Shown here piece by piece: positions 12,957-23,105 of a DNA stretch of 64,000 nt (its first letter is position 1; each line of letters opens with the position of its first letter). Origin of the DNA: Moniliella sp. 'wahieum' (lineage: Eukaryota); assembly GCA_003971905.1 (NCBI GenBank), contig RSEE01000141.1, positions 1 to 64,000 of the forward strand, written 5' to 3'. The notes beneath the pieces were generated by a model. That model made no database searches, was not told the DNA's origin, and saw only the letters and a list, made by a program, of their open reading frames with translations. Made by a program: the position numbers and the translations under genes.

Positions 12957-13674
12957 TTTTTTGTATCGCTTTAGAAGAAAAGGCATTTTCACTGTTCCAT
13001 TGCACGCCCTCTCGTTTGGAGTAGAACAGTGCACATCCGTGTGATGGCATTCTCCGCGCGGGCGCAACTCGTTGCTCTGATTCTTTTAAAGTGAGGAACT
13101 CATGTTGGGGGGCAAAAGCAAAAAAAATGAGAAGTCAAACGCAGTGTTTGTAGTGCATCGCCAGACATGATGATGACATGATGGGCATCAAGTGGAGCAG
13201 TCGTCGTAACGGGAAGGATTGAATCTCCTATTGGCACCCACCAACTCACATTGCATCTGCTGTGGCCATCAGTTTCGAAAGCCTAATAGTGTGCATCCAT
13301 AGTAAAAAAGTTGACCGTCAACAGCAGTGTGTCTAAGCCTATATATATAGGCTTGGGGCTGGCAGATCTGCATGCGCACGCGACCAATCCGCTTCCCAAT
13401 CTGGGCCGGTCGAGCCTACACCATCGCTTAAGCCAGATCTTTCTTCATCTCCTGTGTGGGAACATTGGGCAAGCACGTATAGGCGTTTGTTGTCGGTTTG
13501 TGGGCCCAATCCGCTCTCAACGCTTGCAGTACAGATGGTCAGGATGCTCTTCTGATTTGCCTGGCATGTACAATGTTCCCTCCTGCACGCCTGCCAGGGC
13601 CAAGCCCCTCGTCTTCTCTCGGCGTGAATATTTAGAAAGATTTTTTCGGTCAGGTCAAGATCGCCCTGTCCGTA

Positions 13675-13846
13675 TTGGGAGCGCCCCTTGCGACCACCAC
13701 CTTTGGGAGCGCCCCTTGCGACCACCACCTTTGGGAGCGCCCCTTGCGACCACCACCTTTGGGAGCGCCCCTTGCGACCACCACCTTTGGGAGCCCCTTG
13801 CGACCACCACCTTCGGGTGCACACCCGGCGACCACCACCCCGGCAC
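13675..13846 (+). repeat. 28-bp tandem repeat (TTGGGAGCGCCCCTTGCGACCACCACCT) x4, one 26-bp unit and one degenerate unit, at the 5' end of the retrotransposon
   Basis: Units read directly at 13675, 13703, 13731, 13759 and 13787, with no spacers between them. Confidence 0.95.
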
Positions 13847-13851
13847 CGCCC

Positions 13852-16800
13852 ATGGTGTTGCGCACCCGTATGGCGGATCCCTCCGAGGAGGTCCTGGCGC
13901 CCGAGACGCCCCCCTCCCGGGAGCCCCGCCCCCCGCTCCCGCCCCGTCCCCCACACCCGCCCTTTCCCCACACCCGCCCCTTTGGCCCCAGAGCACCAAG
14001 TGCCGGTCGATGAGACATTCACTCAACCTGAGCAGATGCCTGACCACGTGACCGGCGCCGGCTTGCTGCCACCTGGGTCCTGGCACGTGACACGCCCGCC
14101 CCGCCCGCCGCCCACCACCCCCATCCCCACCACCCCCGTCCCCGTACCCACCACCCCCGCCCCCCCCGCCACCGACCCACCCCCAAGCGCGAGTATCATT
14201 GCTCCCTTTGCACGAACCCTGGCCCAACAGGGCCCGCTGCCCCGCAACTCCGAAGCCAGGAACCCGGTGCCCGAAGTACCGGGTCAAGGCACGCCCCTCC
14301 TCCCCAACCCCCAACTCGCCACCCCCGGCGCCGCAGCCCCCGGCTGGCTGCTCCGAACAGCCAACCAATGGCTACGGCGCCGAACCCCACGCCCCACTAC
14401 CCACGCCCGCGCCGCGCCCCCGCGCAGACAGCCCCCCCCGCCGCCGCCACCCCGACCCCTCAACCCCCCGCGCCCCCGCGCACACCGCCCCCCCCGCCGC
14501 CGCAGCCGCCCCCACCACCACCGCCACCAACGACGACCGCGCAACCCCCGACCGACACGGGGGCCGACCTCCTTCCCCGTTTGACCGCCCTGGCCGAGCG
14601 CCCAGGCACACGCAAGATACCGCCACACCTGAAGCGCCCTTTCCTCCAGATGCTCGGCCGTTTGGCGGACGCTTACTTGCAGGAGCCCTCGTCAGCACAC
14701 CTGATGGATATTCTAGCGGTGCCTAAGGAAGTACTCCGCCACCAAACAAGGACAACAACCAACCTCATCGGGACGACCCCAACAGCGCCTGGCAACTCCC
14801 TCCGCCCCCCGACTTCTCAACGCGCGAGGCACTCGACCCAGTCACCAAGCCGACCGACCGCCTCATTCGGGAGAGCTGCCTCAGCCGCGCAGCAAGTACC
14901 CTCGTCGGCCAATCCACCATTGCCCCTCTCACCCCGAGACCCAGGCAAGCCTGGAAAAGCTCCATCCCGTTGGAGAGGCGAACCCCTTCAGCCTCGGCCC
15001 GGGCACAGCCTTTGGCAACACCACCACCCGCACTCGTCCCACCCACACAGGCCGCGTGGTACCGCCGGGCACCACCCTCACCGACACGACGGACAGTGGC
15101 CGTATCGTGGTGGACTTGGACGAAATCGACTTTGTTGCCTTGATTGCCACGTTCAGAATCGACGTTGGGGCAGGTCTATCCGGGTGGACCCAGCCCCTCC
15201 TAAGAACGGCCCTTGAATGCAAGCGCTTCGTCGCCTTTCTCACCGCCCTCACCAAGAGCATTTACCACGGCACTGCCCCAGGACGCGAGCTCCTGTTGGC
15301 CCGCCTTACCCCCTGGAGAAGGCATCGGGAGGCATCCGCCCCATCGCCTGCGGGGAGCTGATCTACCGCCTGTGCGCCAAGGCCATCGCTCGAGCGATCG
15401 CCCCCAACAGCTGGCTTCTCCCCACCCAGTTGGGAGTAGCATCGCAAAACGGGGTGGAGCTTATCGTACGGATGGTCGAGCGCATGACAGCGCCAGGCGG
15501 GGAGAACGATGCGGAACTGGGCGACTTCAGCCACGTCGCCATGCTCGACTTTACCAACGCCTTCAACACTGTGCGCCGTCGCACACTCGCCAAGGCGCCC
15601 CATGCCTACGCCCCCCATCCTCACCTTGGGCCGATGGATCTATGGTTCCCCCACCAGCTCTGGGTCGCGTCGGGCGGAAATGAGACCAACGTCCTGTCGG
15701 CAGAGGGCGTACGGCAGGGCGACCCCCTCGCCCCCTTTTTCTTCTCCATCGCAGTGCGGCCACGCTGGAGAACTGGAACAGGACCTGCCGCCGGGGCACC
15801 TGGTGATGGCATACCTGGACGACATTACGATTTTCGGTCCAGGGCCAGGCATTACCGGCCTAGCCGCGGAGCTTTTGGAAGACGACGCGTCAGGCCTCAA
15901 GCTCAACCTGCGTAAGTGTGTCGAGCGGGACCGGGACCAGATTCGGGAGGATGGTCTGCAGGTTCTGGGCACTTGTGTGGGAGGGGTAGACTGTCGTCGA
16001 TCGTGGCTCCGGGCCCAACTGGCCAGTCTGAGGGAGAACATGCCTAAGTTTGATGGCATCACCCGCCAGGGACGCCTCTTACTATGGCGGCTCAGCACTC
16101 AGACCAAGCTGCGCCACCTGCTCCGCACCATGCAGATGGAAGGAGAGCTAGACGACGTGCTGGCCGAGATTGATGCCTTCATCTGTACGGAGTTCAGACG
16201 GATCCGGGGCGACGAGGACCCCCAAGGTGCCAAGGACGACCACTTCGACATGCTAGCCTGCCTCGGCTGGGAGGATGTGGCAGCCCGCTTTACTCGTATA
16301 TCGCGCCCCACGCCCGTGCCGCGGCCAACGAGGTCAACGACTATCTCATTACCACTTATGTGACCGTTCGGGACCGCAAACGGCAAGGGCCACGCATTTA
16401 CGAAGCAACGCCAGCGCTGCCGCGAGATGTGGGAGCAAAGTCGACAGGAGCTGCTCCAGAAGCTGGACGCTGCCGATGGTCGCCAGTGGTTGAGCACAGC
16501 AACCCGCTGAGCCACAACTGGCTCTCCGCCATTCCATCCGTCCCGTACCTCAAGCTCTGACCAGCAGGTCCAGGTTGGTCTCCAGCTCCGCACGCTGTGC
16601 CGCACCACGCGCAGCATGTGCAAGTGCGGCATCATGTCCTCGCTGGAACATATCATGTCCTGCACCCGCACCCAGGCCAAGTTTGGTGCGTTGCATGAGG
16701 CAGTGCGGGAGCCCATTCTCCAGCTCCTCCGCTCCATCCCCGACACCCACGTCCACAACGAACCTATGGTGGAGGAAGAGGATGGGACGAGGCGCGGACG

Positions 16801-17280
16801 GAAGGCACAGCGCACCGATTACCGCGTGATGGGGCCCGGAGCACTGGGAGGAACCGGAATGGAGGTAGACCACACGCTGCGCGACACGGGATCGCAGGAG
16901 GCGCAGAGCGCGTACCGGGGGTGGTGCATGAGAGCACTGCGTCGCCTTTGGAACGCCGGGAGAAGGAACTACTTCGGCTGCTTGAACAAGCAGAATGCGA
17001 CAAGAACGCCAAGTACCAGGGACGCACTCAAGAACCGTTTTTCCCCCTGGTTTTGACGACGCGAGGATACTACGGCACCAAGACGGCGGGCAAGTTGTTT
17101 GCGCATTGGAAGGAGTTGGCTACTAAGTCTCAGTGGAAATGGTTCCTCGCTCGTATGTCAACCACGTTCCTCCGTGTCCACACGCGCTTCCTAGGGTACG
17201 GGACCGGATGGCGTGAGCCGGAGGGTCTGATATCCTGGCGATCCCCCTGGTCCCTTAATCTTGGTGGCGCTTCCAAGTAA
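13852..17280 (+). CDS. Retrotransposon polyprotein: reverse transcriptase, Cys/His zinc motif, RLE endonuclease (frameshifted; start uncertain)
   Basis: RT motifs across frames: LEKLHP, GAGLSGWT, EKASGGIRPIACGELIYRL, QLGV, LDFTNAFNTV, GVRQGDPL, AYLDD, GLKLNLRKC. Then CKCG..SLEHIMSC, LHEAVR, RTDYRV...EVDHT, ECDKNAKY and FFPLVLTTRG, consistent with a PD-(D/E)xK-type RLE. Confidence 0.9.
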
Positions 17281-17932
17281 CCCCCGCAAGATGAACGGTT
17301 CGGTTTAGACGTAGCGTTCCCCCTGTCCCAGCCTTAAGCTCTGTCAATGGAATGCACACAACATTGAGCAGCAAGCAGTTCCTTAGTTGCCAAATATAGC
17401 CGAGGCGGGGGGCTGTAGTGGGATGGTTGTTAGCATGACGTCAGCCTTCCACGTTGGCTGTCGTTGGTTGCTTATCGATTGACGAGTACACCCGAGGCGC
17501 TGCAGGGCACTCCGGACTCTCATCGCTGATCTAACATTAGAGTCTAGCACCGCTTATGTCAGCCGGCACGTCGCTTACCAGCGCGAGCGGCCGGCCCAAC
17601 ACCTCTGCATACCAACCAACCATCAACCAACCCGACTCCAGTGCTTCCTAGCGGTGCGTCTGCGCGTCTACGCGTTCCCTTCGTTTTCGACCACTCCTGC
17701 CCGCCCCAAACGAGGCATGGATGGCGGGCGTGGCCCTCACTTTCGTCCAGCCGAAAGAAAGCAAGCAGAATCCTCAGAGTCAAGCACGCATATTTTGCCT
17801 TGCCCTGCCATACCATGCTTGCCCGATCAAGCGGGGGTTGCCGTTGCTGTGGTATCCCCATGCACCACTCTGTACTGACCCCCTGTGACCTGCTGCCTCC
17901 CCCCCCCTGTCGTTTTTCCTCCCAGACCCGCC

Positions 17933-18440
17933 ATGACCCGCCCCGTTGGTTCCAAAAACAAGCCCAAAAAGGCCTCTACAAAGGCCTCTACCACCACGAA
18001 AAAGGTGAGGCGCGCGAAGAAGGACCGGTCCAAGCCCAAGCGCGCTTTGACGGCCTATGTTTTGTTCTCGCAGCAGACACGCAACCAGGTCAAGGAGGAC
18101 AATCCAGATGGGGTTCGGTACGTGTTGATGGCATGTTGGTGGTGGGTATGGCAGGTGGGCTGACTTGGCTTTGATCTCATGGTTGCGGTTGTTGTTTATT
18201 GCGGGTGTTGTTGCTGCTGTTGCTGCTGACGTTGGTGTGGGCACGCTTGTTGGTGGTGGTGGGTGTGGGTGAGCAGGTGACATTGGCCGCATCCTAGGGC
18301 AGATGTGGAAGGACATGGACGAAGAGGGCAAGAAGCGGTTCAGGGACCTGGCTGAGAAGGACAAGCTGCGGGCCGAACGCGAAATGGCCGAGTGGAAGGC
18401 GGCGCAGGCGGGCAGCGGCAGAGACGACGAGGGGGGGGAG

Positions 18441-18473
<33 letters not shown>

Positions 18474-18560
18474 AGTAAGCGCTCCGCAGCTAAGATTATG
18501 CTCATGACTGGCAAGTGCGCTGGCAAGCAAGGCATGGGGGCAGCAGAGCAGAGGAGGTAG
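17933..18560 (+). CDS. NHP6-like HMG-box protein with acidic tail (2 exons; intron ~18118-18276; true stop may be ~18478)
   Basis: KPKRALTAYVLFSQQTRNQVKEDNPD | GDIGRILGQMWKDMDEEGKKRFRDLAEKDKLRAERE forms an HMG box, followed by a poly-Glu tail. Confidence 0.85.
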
Positions 18561-18835
18561 GCCAACACACACGCCCCGTGGGAGACGCGGCGGGGCACAG
18601 AGATAGTGAGAGGATGTGTGATCACCGCGTGCTGGAACAATTGCATGACGCTGTTTGAACATTGCAACGGGGCGGTGGGCTGCGTTGGCCGGCAGTGGTC
18701 GGTTGTGGAAAACGGCTGGGACGGGAGCTGGCATCGGCTGGATCGATCGGCGGGCGGCCTCTGCCCTTTCTCCTGCTCCTCCTGCTCCTCCCGCTCCTCC
18801 GCCGACGCACCTTGCCCTCGTGCTGGTCGCCCACC

Positions 18836-19490
18836 ATGTCAGGCAAGATGATGATCTACAAGCTTGTCGTCCTCGGTGACGGCGGTGTGGGCAAGACAGC
18901 CCCACCATCCAGGTCCGTCCCTCGTCCCCGTCTCTACCCCCCCTCCGCCCCGCTAACCCTCTCCTGCTGCTCAGCTCTGTCTCAACCACTTCGTCGAGAC
19001 TACGACCCTACCATCGAGGACTCCTACCGCAAGCAGACCGTCATCGACGACCAGCCCTGCATGCTCGAGGTCCTTGACACTGCCGGCCAGGAAGAGTACA
19101 CGGCCCTGCGGGATCAATGGGTGCGCGAAGGGAGGGGTTTCTGTTGGTCTACTCCATTGTGAGTCGTCCCACCTTTGACCGCATCGAGCGGTTCAAGAAC
19201 CAGATTACGCGCGTCAAGGACCAGCCCCAATGTACCCACCATGCTCGTGGGCACAAGTGCGACAAGGCGGACGAGCGGGAAGTGTCACTGGAAGAAGGGC
19301 AAGCCTTGGCCACGCGGCTTGGCTGCCAATTTGTGGAAACGTCGGCCAGACGTGCGTCAATGTCGAAAAGGCCTACCTCAATGTCGTCCGTATGATCCGC
19401 GAACAACGGGGCGAGGTTGTTAACAAGCAAACCAAATCCAAAAAAAGAACGACAAGCAAGGATAAGAAGCGCAAGTGCGCCATCCTCGAG
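18836..19490 (+). CDS. ras2: Ras small GTPase (Ras2 type), one intron near 18913-18974
   Basis: [44 protein letters not shown] and ETSA motifs; polybasic tail and CAAX box CAIL. The stop is apparently lost to a 1-bp deletion. Confidence 0.93.
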
Positions 19491-20338
19491 ACCCTGGTCG
19501 GCGTCCTGTTGGCCATTCCAGTAGCCTCCACTGTTTTCAACCTGCGTCTTGACTTGAGCCAGCCATCTTTTCTCTTCCATCCCCTCTCACCCCCCGCGGT
19601 CCCCCCATTCCCGGCACCTGGCATTGTCCTCCGTACATATGCAATGCCATATCCTACAGGCGCATTTTCTGTCCTGTTGCCCTCATCCACCTTCCTCCCC
19701 TATCTCTCTTACTCCCACGTCGGCCTTCCCAATGTGATCGTCGTCGAAGGGCTCGCGAGCCCATGCTAGTCTGCTACGATCTCTTATCTACCACAGTCCC
19801 CCCCTCTCCCTGGCCATATTGTTCTTCTTGAGCCGAACGCAAGATTGCGTTCTACCCCTTCCGTTTCCTTCGAGACTACGACCAGGCTATCATGGCTGGC
19901 GCATTGACCCTTTTCGCGAGCCCTTTCCTTTCGTGACGCTTCTTGCGATCTCCTTTGGTGCACTGTGCTCGTTGGGCACACCTGCAGTTTTCTTCTTCCC
20001 CCCTCCCCTACCCGGTTCTTTCTTTTCCATAGCTAGCCTCTAGATCCAAGAGCTTCATCTGTCCATTTAGATCGCCTACAACTTGGGGGTTCTACGCTCC
20101 TCGGTCGCCCCGGGGGCGGGATCAGCGGACGGGGACTGAGGCAAGAGGGCGACAGTTGTCACGCACCTCTTTACCCTTCCTTTCCTGGATGGATGGGACT
20201 ATGACCGGGCCCGAGATTAAGCAATGAGCGCTGAGCTGAGGTACCCCTTATTCTGTTGTCGTTGGTTTGAAGGTAGGTAGCCAAAGCGGGGGTATCTTCA
20301 GGCAGATGTCAATCGTAGGGGGCGGGGGTCCTGCAACA

Positions 20339-20438
20339 GGCGAGATAGCGAAGTGGTCTAACGCGCTGTGTTAAGGACTGATCTCTGAATCCGCAACCGC
20401 AGTCCTCCGGGGCGTGGGTTCGAATCCCACTCTCGTCA
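20339..20438 (+). tRNA. tRNA-Leu(AAG) with 20-nt intron (second copy)
   Basis: Exons identical to 12857-12956; intron actgatctctgaatccgcaa; followed by a T-run. Confidence 0.95.
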
Positions 20439-21106
20439 TCTTTTTTCCCCTTTCCTGTTACTATGGCTGCCAAGTCAATGACGCTGGCCCTGGCTGGCCA
20501 CGCCGACCATGATTTAGAGCGCTCGTAAACATGGATCTAGTATCATCGGTGTTGCGGCCTCTCAAAGGATCAACTTGTTGAATAAGTTTTGCCTCCAATA
20601 CGAACCTGCACCAATGCTAAGCACAACCCAGAGTTTAAGGTAAACGTTGTTAACTACTAGTTCACTCTTTCATTAACACTGCATGCCTACTTGCACCGCC
20701 GACACCTCGATCACCAACTCTCCCCGCCCCACTCTCGCCCCACTGCACCAACAGCAAGGTTGGAGCTAGCGAGGTGCCAGGAGGATCACATATCAAGGCG
20801 ATGGACGCGCCATATTTTACCAGGGTCCGAGCCAGCAACATGTACGTGATCCATAATCCTCTTTAGCCAAAGAGGGTAGAGGAATGACAGTAGAGAGGGG
20901 AAGATGAGAAACGAAATGGATGGGGAGGAGTGGAGAGGGCTGCACAAACGTCCAGTCCCGATAGCATGAACCAGATGCCATATCAGGGATCACAATCATT
21001 CGCGATCTCGCGACTCTTAACCCCCCGCTTTCCGCACCCAAAGACGAAAAGGGGATCCACCCATCTCATTGGTTTGACAGAGGAGAATGAAATCATCGTA
21101 CGGTTT

Positions 21107-21441
21107 TTACATCTTGCGGCGGAAGGAGCAGCCCTCGGTCAAGCGGCCTTGCCACCGGTGGGGGTGGCCAGGACCTGAGAGCAGGAGCCGCAGACAACGA
21201 CCGTCTGAGCGTGGCTGAACACGGTAGTCAGGGCAAAGCACCCAGGGCACTTGATGTCCTGGAAGTAAGAGCGCGGCTGCTGGACGAGCAGCTTGAGCTT
21301 GTGCGTCCGGGCCTGCTGCTCGGCGCTGGGGTTCAGGGTCGACGGCCAGAGTCTGAGGAAGAGAACGGAAAGGAGAACAGGGAAGTGGTTAGCACTGCGC
21401 TCGTCGAGGCAACGTAGGTACAGAAGAGCGCTACTCACCAT
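21107..21441 (-). CDS. RPS27: 40S ribosomal protein eS27 (intron directly after ATG, 21438-21353)
   Basis: M|TLAVD.LNPS...[22 protein letters not shown]...[14 protein letters not shown]...[18 protein letters not shown]. Confidence 0.95.
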
Positions 21442-21808
21442 CTTGGGCAGCAAGCGGCAGAGGCAAAGGGTGAACGAAGGGCGTTGGGTGTAGCAAGCGC
21501 GGCTGGATACCAAACGGGACGAAGGCGCGAGACGATGCACCGTTAGGGTTACCGCCGGTCTTGGTCCCACGCCTGGGCGCGGCGACCAAATGCGAGCAAA
21601 GGCATGACGTCTGTGTACATCATTTCATTGCGCCTCCGCTGGCTCCGGGGCAGTGTTGCCGCAGCCCTGCGCACGGGCGGTTGGTGTCCCCAACCCTAGC
21701 CATGCATCGCCCGCGGCCCCAGCCGCCGAGCCGGAGGGCCCTCGAGGCCAGGCGGGGTGGATTGACCTGCTCGTCCAGCCGTCGTCTGCCGCACCCGACT
21801 CGTTCGCT
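21442..21808. promoter_or_regulatory. Putative bidirectional promoter of RPS27/RPL19 with two telo-box-like AACCCTA motifs
   Basis: Genes are head-to-head. TTAGGGTT at 21543-21550 reads AACCCTAA toward RPS27; AACCCTAG at 21692-21699 points toward RPL19. Confidence 0.5.
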
Positions 21809-22394
21809 ATGGCTGGCAGCAACCTACGCATCCAGAAACGCCTCGCGGCCAATGTGCTCGGTGTGGGCAAGCGCAAGGTGTGGCTTGACCCCGCCGAGCA
21901 AGGGGAGATTGCCAACGCCAACAGCCGTGCCAACATTCGCAAGCTTGTGGCCGAAGGCCAGATCCTCAAGCAGCCCGATGTGGGCCAGTCCAAGGGCCGT
22001 GCTCGGGCCCTGCACGCGGCCAAGCGTCTCGGTCGCCACACTGGCCACGGTAAGCGCTTCGGTACGGCCGAGGCGCGCATGCCGACCAAGATCCTGTGGA
22101 TGCGGCGGCAGCGTGTGCTGCGTCGTCTCCTGCGCAAGTACCGCGAGGCGGGCAAGATTGACAGCACTTTACCACGAGCTGTACCTGAAGAGCAAGGGTA
22201 ACGTCTTCAAGAACAAGCGTGTGCTGATTGAGCACATCCACAAGGCCAAGGCGGAGAAGGCGCGTTCCAAGCACCTTGCCGACCAGATGGAGGCCCGTCG
22301 TGCCCGCAACAAGGCGATGCGGGAACGTCGTGCCCAGCGCATTGCCGAGAAGCGTGCTGCCGTCATCGCCATCGAGCAGGAATCGGAGAACTAA
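21809..22394 (+). CDS. RPL19: 60S ribosomal protein eL19 (real start may be a short upstream exon near 21702)
   Basis: [72 protein letters not shown]; one frameshift near 22162. Confidence 0.95.
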
Positions 22395-23105
22395 ACAGGC
22401 TTCTCATTTGCCGTGGGCCAGCGAGCGCCAACTGTTGTAGCGGGGATGAGGTGGCAGGCGCTGTAGCCGTCTCTCCCTCGTCGTGGCGCGACAGCATTGA
22501 ACGAGTCTTCCGTCCAGTATGCCCCCGTTTTACCGTGCATTCCTGCATTCCCTTTCGGTTTCTTTTTTGGCGCGAGCGGAGGCACCATGCACTCAACACC
22601 CCCCACGGTGCCACACCCAAAATGGCGGCCCCCATGTCCTGCTACTTCTGGCGTGGAATGCCATCGCACGCATTGCTCGCATTGTACACACATATCCATA
22701 GTTCCCATATACTTACAGGCGAACGAAGTGGGGAGCTGCAGCATTAGCACAATACACACAATATGCTAATGAACAGATCGAAGCGGGGTAGTCGCCATCG
22801 GCCAGGGTGGATGGGAATACAAGGAGATGGGGAAAAAAATGTCACAGCACAAGCTAAAGGGATAGAGGGCATACAGAAGAAACAAATGCCGAGAAATGGA
22901 GGGAAACGGGAATAACAGGTGGCCTGGCTGGCATGGCTTGGCAGGCCCAGGCATGACCTGCCAATGCTCAGTCCCGTGGCAAGATAGAAGAGAGGGGGGA
23001 GGGAGGGTGTGAAGCAGACGTGGCAGCAGAGATTTCACCTCTGTTGACGAGCGAGAGGGAGGGAAATGGAATAATTTTCCAAAGAGAGTGGGTAGCGACC
23101 GAAGC

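Larger units (their letters stand above)
13675..17349 (+). mobile_element. Near-full-length CRE-clade non-LTR retrotransposon (RT + restriction-like endonuclease); exact 5' end uncertain
   Basis: 5' tandem repeats, Pro-rich N-terminus and a single frameshifted ORF ending TAA at 17280. Short 3' UTR ends CTTAAGCTCTGTCAATG; that boundary is defined by three other copies in the window. Confidence 0.9.

Noticed and set aside
13675..13846. 28-bp repeats as a CRISPR array
   Set aside because: Units are contiguous with no spacers, there are no cas genes, and the context is eukaryotic.
20266..20286. Resemblance to the R2 28S rDNA target (AAGGTAGCCAAA)
   Set aside because: Short interrupted match with no rDNA context; likely chance.
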